From Syncephalis fuscata S228 (taxonomy: Eukaryota; Fungi; Zoopagomycota), in assembly GCA_025786725.1 (NCBI GenBank), contig JAHLTZ010000020.1, positions 248,001-312,000 of the forward strand: 64,000 nt of DNA. The letters run 5' to 3'. Both the position numbers and the translations under genes were made by a program. The notes beneath the pieces are model-generated. The model had not been told where the DNA came from. It saw only the letters and a list, made by a program, of their open reading frames with translations, and did no database searches. Shown in pieces: positions 1-13,758 of the stretch; the first letter of the stretch is position 1, and each line of letters opens with the position of its first letter.

Positions 1-719
1 AAGACATACATGTTACAGCAAATCGCTTACCGTAATAGCCACACGTGCTTCCTCGTCTTCCAATGCTGCCTCTTCCACTTGTTCATATTCTTGTAACTGT
101 CCACGAATCATGGCCGCTATTGTATGTGCATATTGCACAGCTGGCAAATCTATATCATCGCAAAATATCTCTGCAAATCGTTCAGGTGTCTGTAATTCCT
201 CTATAAACAATTTACATCATTACATATCAATTTAATTATTACATATTGCCGTTGTTACATATCGATCTAATTATTGCATATTATTGCTACTTAATAAATA
301 CTACAATATAACTTACCATTAAGATTCCATAGAAAACAATCCCGTATTTTAAAGTTATCTTGATCAATATCAACACGTACTGGCACTAGTCGTTCTCCTT
401 TCTCCGCATTAATAGATACCTCTTCGTCTGTACTGTATGCTATTAGTTAGTTACGATTGTCTTTCCGTCAATGAACCGACAGCGAAACAAGCAATTACCT
501 CGAAACATGATGTGTGCGACGCATAACGCGACGTGTTGGTTGCTTTGGTGCCGGTGTCGCCGATTTGTCGCGTGCAGTGTCGTCATCTTCGTCAAACGAA
601 TCGTCGTCGCGAGTACGAGCACTGCGACGTGTCAAGGTAATGGGAATCAGTAGCGCGGTACCTCCTTCACGTAGCCGAGAAGCATACGTGCTAAAGGTGT
701 TTGGCCGCGGCTCCATCAT
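1..719 (-). CDS. SFH1: RSC complex subunit Sfh1 (SNF5 family), 5' part; runs off the window
   Basis: N-terminus MEPRPNTFSTYASRLREGGTALLIP; SNF5-domain exons LVPVRVDIDQDNFKIRDCFLWNL and TPERFAEIFCDDIDLP...IRGQL; GT-AG introns. Confidence 0.9.
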
Positions 720-960
720 TGTATTGGCGTAGACGTGCGCCATACCGACGATCAACCCGATGAATCAACTCGAATAGAAAGCCACAAAAAAGAAAGGAGA
801 CGTGAATTCTTTCTACAAAGCCGAGATCTTAATCAAACGTGCAACTACACACTGTGCTATGAGTGTGAAGGCGAGTGAATAATCAGCTGAATTTAAAGGA
901 GAAAAAATAATTTAATTTATTAATCTACAATAACAAATGATCATAATTAATGATCAGCTA

Positions 961-1412
961 TTATACAGTAGACGTCATTAGGCCACGACGACAAGTATCG
1001 ATGTGTCGTCTTGTTTGTGTGGCAAGAGCTGTCTTGCCGCGTAGTTCGTAAATAGTTACTAGTTGCTCAAGTGCTTCTAGTTTGACATTAGTATACCGCT
1101 GCATGACTTGGTCATTAGCAGTTAGTGGCAGCTGGCTCTGTATACACTGTTCATAAGCAGCTTCTGCTTCAATAACGCTGCTTTGTTTGATATATGCTGC
1201 GCCTAGTCTACAATAGGCATCGGCGCGTAGAAAGCGTATAATAGCTGTATGACTCTCTGATGATTATCCAAAAGTTGACAAGCTGTTGCTAATAAACCAA
1301 TTGTTTCTTTAAGCTTTTCTGGCGGCTGCTGCTGCACTGTTATATATATAATCTCCAACTGTCGACATAGTAGGCGTTCTTCGTCAGTTTCTGCTATAGC
1401 AAGAAGCGCCAT
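961..1412 (-). CDS. Small TPR-like hypothetical protein with one apparent frameshift near 1260
   Basis: ORF MALLAIAETDEE... joins a second open frame ADAYCRLGAAYIKQSSVIEAEAAYEQCI...ALEQLVTIYELRGKTALA...MTSTV* (stop 961-963); TPR-like helical pattern. Confidence 0.6.
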
Positions 1413-1608
1413 GAATACAAATAATGAACTAATCAATGATGACCGCTAGGAAGGCAAGCAAATAAGGCGTACTACAAATATTTTCCTTTCCTCTCCTTCT
1501 TCTTCTCCTTCTTCTTGCGACCAGATTATTATTGTTATTATTATTTGTCGCTGTCGTCGTATTAGTCGACATTGAATGCAGTAGGAAAACTGCAGCCTGC
1601 GTGTAGAT

Positions 1609-3774
1609 ATGTCGAGTCCCGAGGCAGACCGCGTAGCATTTCTGGCCGACTGCTACCAACAGGCAGCTTCTCGGGCCACTTGGAGTTTTGCTCAGGGATT
1701 AATACTTGGACAGCTTAGCGTGATCGCTTTGCTGATTGTTTGTGTTAGATATTTACTACTTGAAGACTCACGAAAGGCGCAGGCGGAAGAACAAGAGCGG
1801 CTGGCCATTCAACGAAAGTTACAGGCAGCCCGACGCAATACCGATGTAGGTAACGACGGTCACAGTTGTAAATCAGCTCTCATTCTTTATAATTCATACT
1901 AATAATAATAATAATAATAATAATATAGTCGTCCCGACCACGACGTACATCGATTGTCGATATACTAGATCGAATTGGCTATCAATTACACAACTATCAG
2001 CCAGAGAGCTGTGAATGGCTTAATGTATTGTTAGCACAAGCACTGGAGCAATTCCGAAGTGATGCTCATCAGGATGGTCGGTTATACACTGGGTAGATCG
2101 TATTCTTAATGAAGATGTTCGACCTTCATTTATTGTAAGTAATTTATAAAAAAGACAGTTGTAAGTTTAAATATTCAATGTGACATTAGAGTCGTATTAA
2201 TGTGACAGAAGTGTCATTGGGTCAAGATTACCCAATATTTCAAGATGCTTGTATTCAACCATCACCTGATCATGACGGTATTGTAAGTATTGGATGTATT
2301 AAATGTAATATTATTACACAATATTAATATGTGCATTTGTATATGACATTCATACACTATATTAGTGTGCAGAAATTGCTTTTGAGTTTCACGATCAAAT
2401 TACCTTGGCTTTTGATACAAGACTTGTACTTAATTGGCCTCGGGCTATGCTGGCCGCATTACCAGTATCTTTGGGCCTATCAGTAGTTAAATTTTCGGGT
2501 ACTGTAAGTTTAATAGCAGATATGATTATCATATAAATTGTTTATTTATTAGCAAATAGCTATTACTTGAATTAATACCAGGAGAACGACCTTCGTTATC
2601 TGTTTCAGTAGCACCTGATTTTACGCTTGGATTTGCCGTTAAATCACTTATTGGCCATCGTACAAAGGTGCGAGATCTTCCAAAAGTAACCGAGTTAATT
2701 GCCATGAAACTACGAGCCGTATTTGCCCAATTAATGGTAGCACCGAATCGTCGATTATTCTCAATACCTGACTTGTGGCCTCGCTCTTCTCAAACCGATA
2801 GAAGTGTCGTTAGTACAAGTCAAGATCCTAACATTGGTAGTAGCGGCAATGGTAGCAATAATAATAATATTGGAAACAATAACAGTAACGGCAATGAAGT
2901 CGATGTTAATAGTGATAATGCAATTACACCAAATTCAGTACCACATGTAACTGCACCTCGTCGACGACATAATGCAAATACCCGTAGCGATATTACTGGT
3001 GGTAGTTCAATAGGCAATAACGACGATTTAATGATGAACCAAGGCTCTAGTGTATTTCATAGCGATAATACATCATTTTCTGGAGATCAGTTAAGCGAAA
3101 GCCATTACAGACCAGCAATCGATCTCAACAGCAGCACCACCAACAACAACAATCGAATCAACATCATCAACAGCAACAACAGCAAATGATGACGCGTGAA
3201 AACCTACCGACCAATGCAGCTTATGGCTATCGTATGCGTGTAGCTAGTGATGTAGGTAACTTGACACGTTTTGCTACAATGCCTCCATTGCCACCAGCAA
3301 TGGCAAGTACAAATAGACCAGCAGAACACGGTCACTTCCATCGGGGCCGACACCACGTGATACGGATCGACGAAGAAAATACACACACATCATTATAGTA
3401 TGGCGGGCGGTCTAGTAAGAGGTGGTCAACGGTCGGTAGCTGCAGCCACCGAGCCTGATCTTACGACAACTAGTACGCCAAACTATTCGCAAATGGCATC
3501 GCCACTTCGGTCGCCCACGCTTTATGGACAGACTACATTTACTGCTACCTATCAAGGAAGCAATGTACAAGGCTACCGAGAAATAAGCACGGCGACCATT
3601 GCTACGGGCGTTGACGATTCAGATCGTACACGGCCACACCGACGACCTTATCGTGCATCTAGCACTACAACTCCTTCTGCTACATTAGTTGCCACGACTG
3701 CCTCATCTGCAAATAATCCACATCACCAACATCATCATCATCATCATCATGCTAATCAACATGGCCAACATTGA
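1609..3774 (+). CDS. MMM1: ERMES subunit Mmm1 (SMP domain) with long low-complexity C-terminal tail
   Basis: WSFAQGLILGQLSVI TM segment, PESCEWLNVLLAQ, TRLVLNWP..LAALPVSLGLSVVKFSG, VKSLIGHRTKVRDLPK; multi-exon; tail after 3189 needs a frameshift or intron, so the 3' end is uncertain. Confidence 0.9.
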
Positions 3775-4209
3775 GTGTTATTTAAATAAAATATTTTTAA
3801 ATTTAGAGTTTAAAGAATGGGTAGTTTAATAAAACAATTATTAGTAGAATCTATCACGGCTATTACGTTGCAACACAACTCAGTGTAATATGCTTTATTA
3901 ATTATAGCCATGTCTATACATATACTGTAATGGTAGATGCTGGGCCAGCATTCAATAGAACAATGCATTGAACTAAGTAAAAGACATTATATAATCTATT
4001 CACCTATATCATTATTATTCTATGGTATATTAAACACATTCTATTTGCTATAGGTTGCAAGTACATAAAGCTTAATAAGCTGAGATTGACCAATAATATA
4101 GCTAGCACCAAGAGGCCAACTATAATAAATAGTGTGTAGTTAGTAGACAATAAAACAATAAAGCAGTATATAAAATGACAAATGTATGGTAAGAAAGCAT
4201 AATAACTCT

Positions 4210-4460
4210 GTTAAGTTTATAATGTATATAGCGCAATAAGGGGAATGAATGAAGTGTATTGGTGCATATAAATAATAAAATGTGTCTAATATATCATGGA
4301 ATGGAAATGATATAAATGTGTACTGGTTATATGTATACTGGATAATAAATCTACAATGATGAGTATTTGATGATTGATGTCACTCACCACCCATCATCAT
4401 GTTCAATAGATTGAATGTTAATAAAGTTAGTCATTTAACCATCAAATCATACTAAATAAT
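4210..4460 (-). repeat. AAATGACTA-family repeat copy (core plus partial body)
   Basis: Reverse complement reads aaatgactaac...aatctattgaacatgatgatgggtggtgagtgacatcaatcatcaaatactcatcattgtag, matching 16869 and 44320. Confidence 0.9.
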
Positions 4461-4658
4461 TAATAAGCCTTTTAATGTTTGCAGAAAGAAAGCTTATTTT
4501 TATTTAATTAATAAATGAGGTGATATATAGTAATGATACTTACGTGTTAATAATTAATCTATAAATAATAAGTGTTTAACCCGGCCATGCCAGTGAAATT
4601 ATTAACATTTCAAAAAACACAAATTTATTTTGGTTGCACGCGCTTTGTTTCATTTATC

Positions 4659-7140
4659 ATGCATGACGATCTCGTCCAAGAAAGGTGGCGGCTACTCGAC
4701 CACCAGTTACTCGACTGGTCATGTCAGCAACAGTTGGAAGAAGTTGCTACAGTAGATGTTACAGCAACTACAACTACAAACAAAGACCAATTGAATGCCC
4801 GCTCGCCACTACTGACCACATTACAAACACTATCGTCAACTGAACTAACTGACGACAACGTACCTGTACCTGAATCGGTACAAGAATATGCGCGTACACT
4901 GTTGAATACGCTTACTCTTTTACAGCATGCCGCGCAAACAAGCGAATGGCCTATGATGTCACTGACGTCACTGCTTGATGCCACAATGGGAGATGATACG
5001 GATGCCACGGCAAAACAACGACATCAGTTAGAGCACGCACGCTGGTGGCTTCTCGGTATGATTGTCAGCCTTATGCATACGCGCGTACTTGAAGAAGTTA
5101 TAACGGCCACGCAGCCACTATCGTCTGCCATGACTTACTGGGACCGACGAATCAACCATCCACGATGGGCAGCCATCCATTTACTGCAAAGTAAGTACAG
5201 ACATTGCCACTATCCAGTTAGATACTCATAAATGTATATTTTAAATTAGCTGCACCACTACGTGTCACTAGTTGGATTACACAGCTGCGATTATCCCAAT
5301 CATACTCAGCTACCGATACAGGAAGTCTATTTGGCCATGTGGGCATTTATATGCGCCATCTTATTAACCATCTACCACGATGGCCGGCCCAAGGGTGGAT
5401 ATCATTAGCGCAAAGAGAAGCCAATTTAAAACGAAATCGACTTAACGATACTCGTCGACGGTACGCTGTTGGCTTAGGCTATTTGGCTGAGCAAGGCCAG
5501 GTGGCTACGCTGGACTTCAACCAGCAAGCAACTGCAATGGCAACACCGATGAATAATGAACTGGATCACAAACATGCAGCAAGCAAACCAATTATGAGTG
5601 GTGTTAAGCAGATACGCTATTTGCTATCACAGCTATTGCATTGTACAAATCATACAATGCAAATTGTTTTAAAAGACGCCGTTGAAAAGAAAATACCATC
5701 TGACTGGTTAATTACAGTATCTGGTAAGTTCTAATTAATAGCAATAGTAAACTAACATTTATCAATAGATATGGAGTTGCAGCCATTAAGTGCTGAAGAG
5801 GTTCGATTTAGTTTATTAACACTAGAGGAAGATCTAGAAAAGTTTAAGCATAGCAATAGAAACATTTTACAAGTTGATGGACGGCCCCATTTTCTAACTC
5901 GGTATTGGCCAGTTTTAGGTGCTGGTCTAGTTATCGGACCGTCACTTTTTAGTTTAGCAATTGCACAGCGCCATTCAATTACTCGTTGGATTCAAGAAGC
6001 TGGCAATACAACGCGAGACTTTTTAATCGAATGGGTGTGGCGGCCATTGCAGAACATTTATGAGACGGTACGACATCGAGAAGGTCGACTTAATATTATG
6101 GGGAAAGCATCGTTGGCTGCCGATTTAGATGTAGGTTTAATTGACTAGTTGAACTGAATCGTTAACACATAATTAAAGTCTTTAGAACGAATGGTTGTAG
6201 ATTTGGCACAAGAAAAAGGCCAAATGAACGAACAGGAACTGGACCTTGTTAGGCAAACTGTCCGTGATGGCGATCTTTCTATAGTGCTACGTGAATATGA
6301 AAAGGAAATGAAGGTAAGTAGAATATGAAATAACATAATGAATTTAAAATATTAATCAAAAATAAATTATAATAGACGCCGTTAAAAAGCGCTTTACTAG
6401 GTAGTTATACAATAATAATAATAATAATAATAATAACAATATAATTATATATAATAATTCATTGTCACCAATTTAATAGGTCATTTAATCCGCGTTTTAT
6501 TAATTCAAGTTCAAAAAGGCAAAGTTGATCTTGAATTGGCCATGGCTGCACTTGATAAATTGTTGCGTGCTAATGAATTGAACTTTGCTTTTCTTACGGC
6601 GGCACCTGTTATTCTTATTACCTTTGGTCTTAGCCATTGGATTAATCAAACATGGCGTCGCCGCCAAGGCTTTTCCGCAGGTATTGCACGCCAAGAAGCA
6701 CGCGATTGGCTAAGGTAAGCAAGATGCTACTGGGCTGCAGCGCCACATGCAGCATTAATTCCGAATGGTCATCTAACACTCCATGTGGTGTCTATCATGC
6801 TTATTATGGCCATCACTATTCTAGACGTACTGATCGAGTCCTTAACCGATGCTATGATCCAATCTCCTTGAACGGCAATGGCAATGAACCGGTTCGTCAA
6901 AGTCGAATTTTGACGGCCAAGTCTCTTTATCAGGCTCATGGACTTGTTCTTTGTAATACATACCGACTTCGAGCATTGTTGCCTCGTCTAGCACTGAACG
7001 AGCAGATGCAGCGTGAATTTCTTATGGATTTACGCGAGCTAGAGAATACAGGCATGTCGACGGGCCAACGCCTTGGCACACTCCACCGAATGTATCGCAC
7101 CTACACCTTTTTAATGCCGTTAGCCATGAACTACGAATAA
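4659..7140 (+). CDS. NCA2: Nuclear control of ATPase protein 2
   Basis: [80 protein letters not shown]; multi-exon. Confidence 0.92.
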
Positions 7141-7234
7141 AATAGTATATGGCTTACTAAATTGCCAGTTCATACAATAAGTAGCGTTTAAGCAGCTTAT
7201 TAACCAATATTAATCTTTATGCAAAACAAAATTT

Positions 7235-7500
7235 AAAACTAAAGTATAGCAGTATGAATATAAGCAATAAACATCAATATTCTATATATTATCACGTTAA
7301 GTAAAATAATTTTTCCTTTTGCAAATATTAAATATTTTATTAACACAATTCAGAATAATGTTGTGCTAAATGAATATTTTAATGATATTTGCGTAATTGA
7401 ACTACACATTCGTTCTATTGAACATGGAACTAAGTGGTGAGCGATATTAAATATTAAATACTCATCATTATAGATTTATTATCCAGTATGCAATATCCTC
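7235..7500 (+). repeat. AAATGACTA-family core with upstream flank shared (inverted) with 20201-20336
   Basis: taaaactaaagtatagcagtatgaatataagcaataaacatcaatat...gttgtgctaaatga matches reverse complement of 20195-20336. Confidence 0.85.
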
Positions 7501-9916
7501 CATCCATTTATAGCATTTCTATTGTATATTCATACAACTATATACTATTTTATGATATACAGACAATATTATATTTGCTATAAATATTAAATCGCTTTAT
7601 TGCTTAATAAATAATATAGTTTCAATATTGCTATTTATACTTTTTCATTGTATATTTATGATATTCTATATAACTGTATAATACATTAGATATGCACTAG
7701 CTAAAACTGCTGTTCATTTGACACTATTTTGTTATTTATAAATATCAACTCATTTATTTTATTAAATCACTAGCAATACAATTGCGATGTTGTTATTCAT
7801 TCACATGCTTATCATTCTGCTATAGAATAGACATAAACTATTAATAAAATATTTATTGCTACCTGTATTTATAATTGACATGTTAGCACACTTCAGTATA
7901 GCTGGATGGACAATCGAGTCAACCGACTGGTGCAGATATGATTGTTTTGTGGACAAGTGTAGAATAAAAAAGGGACTATCATCTGATCTAGTGGTGAAAT
8001 GGCATCCGTGCACCAAAATGGTCCAGTCAGGCACAATACACCAATAAACAGTCGTCATGTACTCTACCAATATGTCCATTCTAATTGGTGGATATATTTT
8101 GGAATAAGCTTATAAGGTTGTGCTGAGCGTACTTTTGCTCATTACTTCGCTTTCTCTTGTTTCTAGTTGTAATATGCTGTAAACTGCTTGTTAATGGAAG
8201 CATCTGTTCTAGTAGCTATATCCAGTGGTGAGTGGTCTCCTTGTGGTTGATCACATATACTGCGTTATGCATTTGAGCTGTGTTAATGTAGAGTACAATA
8301 GTGCAGACTATGTGCTATACTAGCTCAGCAACTATATGGTTGCCTGTACTAGGCACTGTATACTGGCATAGTGCGGAGATATGTGGGATAGCAGGGTGTG
8401 CAGTGCTGTGTTTAGCAAGTCAGTATTGCTGTGCACTCCCCTCATGTTGATGCGGCGACCGTATGGGTGGTCATATGTTGTGCTCACTTGTATTGAACGT
8501 GCACTGGAGGTGTGTTTGATAGTCTTCAACTTGCTGAATACTATCATTGCACACTGGACTGGTGTGATATGTGGATTATTCGTACTGAATACCATGCATT
8601 ACACTGTTTACTTGTGGGTGTTGTTAAACGGTTGTAATAGAGCACTAGTCGCCATACCATTTTAGTTTTCAACTGCCGTGCTAGATACTCTATACAACAC
8701 TGACATAAACAAGGACTAACGACCGAAAACTAAATGGCATCTCTACTACTGATAATGTCATAGCGTAGACTGGTTGCTATATTACAATTATTTAATAACA
8801 TATCAGTATTGGCGATGTGTGTTTAGTTGTAATATGTTGTGGTGTTCATGTGTTCAGCTCTAGACATCAACTACAAATGGGTGAATCCATAGTTTGGTGC
8901 AGCTTATTGCTACGCTTGAATTGCCATGGCATCTTATAACATTTATTGAACAGCATGCCATCAAGATAGCAGCTAATATAGAGCTGTACGCATCCGACAA
9001 ATATTACTTACGCCCAAGTCGTAGTATTGCGGTACTCCAGGTGGACGTATAGTTGCTATATTAGCTACTATCTTGTTTAACAACTTTTAACAACATTTCT
9101 AGTTTATTTGTATAACAAATAACAACAATACACAAACAACTACACTCGTGTACACTATAAACTATACGCAAGAACAATCAACTAGATGTAGGTGCTTATT
9201 ACTACTAAACAATACTAACGCACTTTTATTATAGCTATTCAGCATTGGTGCCGGATCAACAAGTATATCTGAACTGCATTTGTTATCGACACAAATATTT
9301 TGCATGCAACTTACAATACCAACTATAGAATTCGTTGGCACAAGCATCGACAACAATACTGTATACTGTCGTTGGTACTATGTTTGGACTGGATTCTAAA
9401 TGAACCATATACCCATTTGGTTTATTACCAACATTAACTGCATTGCAATTGCGCATCTGCTAAATGCTTTGGTTTGATTGAAGTGGTGGTAATAAAGAGG
9501 GAGGTGGTGGGCATTATACATATATTACATTAAAATGGTAGATTTAATAAAGAAGTGTATGAGGTGTTTGCTGAAACAACATAACACTGTGACTCCATTA
9601 CTAGTTTGTCTAATGTTATGCTTATTATATTTATTAAAACTAAAATACTAATATGTTTATTTAATTAAAGTCATTGATACTTGAATGGCTAGATTACAAG
9701 TAGCTACATTCAATACTAAATTTACGCCAACTATTTTAATAATAATAACAATGATTGATTAATTTATTTGTCTTATTTATTAACATATAGCATAATTTAA
9801 AGAACAAATGATATTTTATAACATTCGCGTAATTGAACTACACATTTAATTTATTGAACATGGGGACAAGTGGTGAGTTTTATTTAATCATTACAGCATC
9901 ACATTATAGTATGATT
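7457..9916 (+). mobile_element. ~2.46-kb duplicated cassette A, copy 1 (non-autonomous, bounded by repeat modules)
   Basis: Near-identical direct copy at 41840-44312; both ends lie inside AAATGACTA-family modules; no transposase seen. Confidence 0.85.
7801..9598 (-). pseudogene. Degenerate gene relic inside cassette A copy 1
   Basis: Same reading as copy 2 (MESQCYV...), with more indels; GTAAGT...TTCAG intron retained. Confidence 0.55.
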
Positions 9917-10100
9917 TAATATTCAAATGACTATATTTAATTTAGTATATTTGTCAGTATCATTTTCAAGCAACTAAAGATACAAATGTATATGGTTATT
10001 TGCATGATATTGTTTCGTTTGCAAAAATATATTAATTCAATAAATATAGTAATAGTGGTTGTTTTTATAGATGCATAACAAAAACGCAGTTTACTACTTA

Positions 10101-11632
10101 TTATAATATGCCATAATTGATTATTTTCATTTTGTTATTAGTTTCATTGACGATCGTCATGCTAGGCATTATAAAGTCCAACATATACTTTCCAGAATAA
10201 ACACCTAGCTGGCGTATAGCTTCTCCTGTACGAATGTCGATCAGTGTTATCCGTGTATTTCCGTCTTCGATCGATCATTAACACTGCAAATGCTGCCAAT
10301 AATATGCTGACATTTTACGGCATTTGGCCATGCAAACTGCCGATAACAGATAGGATCAACTTCTTGTTGCATCCATAGTATATCGTGTTTTTGATAATCA
10401 ATCCCATGTGACAGTAGGACGCTAGCCACTTGGTTGCTCGGTACTTGGAATGTATCTAATACTGGCGCAGTATCTTCATTCGACGCAACCGAGTGTATCA
10501 ATATTCTTCTTTTGTTATGAATTGTTGCAACTAGTATATGCGACAATCCTAGAGGTGTGGCCATGCAATATTGTGTGTTTCGAGTGAGTGGACAAAAAGT
10601 TCCTTTCTTTAACTCGCGTACGGGTTTGTGTGCCGAAAATTGGTGTAAAGTCCATTGAATATCATTACTCGTATAGAGACCCCGATTGGCAATATATACA
10701 ATAGCGACATCTTCATCCGTATATTGAAAGCATATGATGGGCCAATCGCCGTCAATAGACTTGTTATAGTGTCCATTTCGCTTTAAATCCCATACAATGA
10801 TATTGGTTTGTGCCCAGCATTCGCGTGAATAAAAACGATACAATAGAACCCATTGACCCATCGTTGATTTTATAGAAAAGCCTTTTGGTATTTCATTTGA
10901 ACGCTGTAACTCTAATAGGCTACGATTATATATGTTCATTTTGTTAGACGACAAGTTAGAGTAGCAAATAGTTGAAATTGCATATTCGTTACTTAATACA
11001 ATGTTTGTTTGGTGAAGCTTCATTGCTTCATTAGGTGATTCCAGCTGTACCAATGATAAACAAGATGGCGTTGGTGATGTGGCATTATTACTAGAGAAAT
11101 GGTTGTTTGAAATAAAAGGTGTTGTCTCTACAACAAGAGCAAAGCTAAAATATTGTCGGTCAAGCTTGGTATTATTATCGACTAGTAAAAATGCAGTGGC
11201 ACAGTCTTTGTCTATATTCCAGTTTTTTACAAGTACAGGGCCTGGTAATAAAGTGTCCGTTTGTTTTGAATGGCCGTGTCGCCAATTGTACTCTATGCCG
11301 GTACGCTGGCAATAAATTTTATACCAATTAATGCTATTTAGAAGAACAGATGGGTTTGCTGATGTGTCATTGTTATTACAATAATTCCGAGCGCACCAAT
11401 ATAGAAAATCGCGTTCTTTACGAACCAATGAATTATTTAGAAACTGCTTGCGATACAAACGCTGCCATAAAGTATGATCTTCACAAATTTTGTTTCTTAA
11501 TGCACGACAGCAAAGGCTTAGTTGGATTAAGGCTGCGGTGCTTAAGTTTGCAACCGTGCTTCGAAAGTCATAGCTTGTAAGTGTAGTGGCAACATGGACA
11601 AAATTCGGCCGTATCTCAGCGGTGGCTTCCAT
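10101..11632 (-). CDS. Intronless F-box-like protein (lineage-expanded type); frameshift near 10265
   Basis: LSTAALIQLSLCCRALRNKICEDHTLWQRLY F-box-like motif, WYKIYCQRTGIEYNWRHG; after the shift NTRITLIDIRTGEAIRQLG...KIINYGIL*. Confidence 0.75.
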
Positions 11633-11989
11633 GCTAGATGTCTATTATTGAGTAAAAGAAAAGGCAAGTAACAATGATGGTCATACCGTGAATAGCCGTT
11701 TTTCCAATGAATTTATAAAAACGGGCCTTTGCATCAGCGCTGCATACGTAGCCAAAAGAAAAACTGACTAGATTTGGCTGTAAATTTGATCAAAATAGCT
11801 AGTTAATGCTTATTTAAACTGTTATGGCCATTTACTAAAGTGCAGTACAATACATTCAAAAATTAATACGTTATAAACATGCTTTGTTTCTTGTCGTAGA
11901 TATCCTCTATATTTTTTAATATACCAAGTCTAGCATGTAAACTGACAAGCTACATACCTGTTTGTTGCATATTCAATAGCCTATTAATA

Positions 11990-12613
11990 AAATTAATATT
12001 AGCAACAGTTGTTCATAATTATAGCGGATAATAACAAGTTGCACAGCAACAAGTATAATAAAGGCAGTGTCTAGTGTTCCATACCATTACAAATCAGGTG
12101 CTGCCAGTTTATAACGCAACTCAACATAGGCAAACATAGATGAATATTCGAATAGTAAGTGTTGCTATTGCTTGTTGTAATGAAAGCACTATTGCCTGAT
12201 GCTTGATAGCAAATGGCAAGCTAGATGTTTACAGACATTACTAGAGAATTGTCAAGTAGTTGTGTTGGCCAAAAAAACTAATTTAGCTTGGTAACTGAAC
12301 TAAGCGCTCAATGACTATAGAACTTGGTTAAAGATCCATTCAATCAGCAAGCCTGTCTGGTCCATGTTTAATGGTTTGAATTGACTATGCCCCCATATGT
12401 CTGGTGCAACATTTGACCATGGTACTTGGCTGTAAACTAATCAAACCGCAATCTGTAGCCATGATCAGTGTATACTCAAAATATGTATATAAGCAATAAT
12501 GATCTGAAATGGCGTATTGATGTTGATATCAGTGAAATCAGTTAATCAAAAACATAAGCAGCCTCATCAGCAAACTAGCAGCTGGCTTATTGTAATAGCT
12601 CTTTCGAAAACAT
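11990..12613 (-). pseudogene. Possible degenerate gene relic
   Basis: Minus strand reads MFSKELLQ*ASC*FADEAAYVFD* ... YLTIL**CL*TSSLPFAIKHQAIVLSLQQAIATL; GC higher than flanks. Confidence 0.35.
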
Positions 12614-13758
12614 TTGAACAATAAATAAAATAAAGTCTTATCATTTTGTTACTTTGTTATTCAGCATATCAAATATATACAGCATTAATTGTACATTTAT
12701 TAGTTGATATGAACGTGTTCTCAGCATTAATAAGCAACAGGCTATATCACTAATTTCAGATTTAAAGCTATCTAGACGTCAATATGGTTTGCTATGACTG
12801 ATAGACTTGGATTATGAAACTTTTATTAATTTAAAACAATGTACCAGCGCAAACAATCTACATATACAACATAGTTTGTCCGTTGTATTTTTTATTAGTT
12901 AACAGAGCTGCCAATACACTAGCTCAGAAGCTATGAATATTGTTATTTACATTTGTCTAATGCACATCGGTGTAATCACATAGCATATTATTAGCAGAAT
13001 AACACTTCAAACCGAACCACTATCTAAAGGTTATTACTACCGCGTGGTGCCTATAAGCTAGTCCATGTAAAGATTGGCACTAAATTTGCCAAATATAGAA
13101 CTTTATACGTTTTATCGCCCTATTCTCCGTTTTTCTTTTTTTAGTTCAAGGTTCCTTGTTTTTTAATATAAAGTTGCATTGCTTATCGGAATTTTATAGA
13201 AGCCCAGCTTTTATACAAATCTACAAGAATATCGCCACCAACATCACGCGTCTTCATTGTTGTTCACCGACCTTGTATTAAAACGCACACTACAAGTTTT
13301 ACTTGCCTATTTGTTCACGCATCCACACCACATACGCACGATAGGCAGATAAAACTTGTATGCGTGCCACATGTGGTCCAGCTTCTTCCTTTGCACGCGC
13401 GTTCACTTTCACTCTCATTCCTTTTATTCAACGCTAACCTCCCAGTTCTACACTGCCCTTCTTCATCTCATCTACTTTATTACACTTTTAACTCTAGACA
13501 TTCGACGTTTACACACTGGAAATACAGTGTCTTTTTTGCATTGATATTTCTTTAGTTTTTGCGTCCACCTATTTGCCTTCTCCCCGCTGGTCGGCCATCA
13601 AAAAACCAGCCTTTATAGTTTATTATCTATTTGTTATTGTTGTTGTTATTGTTGTTCTTGTTATCGTCATCATCTTTATTATTATTATTAATAATTGTAG
13701 TAGTAGTACATTTGACGTAATTTATAAGTGCAAACATTCAGCTAGCAATACATGCACC

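Noticed and set aside
1899-1926. (AAT)n and similar microsatellites in introns and intergenic DNA
   Set aside because: Ordinary slippage repeats in an AT-rich genome
7368-9940. LTR retrotransposon (direct repeats flanking 2.4 kb)
   Set aside because: No TG...CA termini, PBS/PPT, or gag/pol motifs; cargo retains an intron
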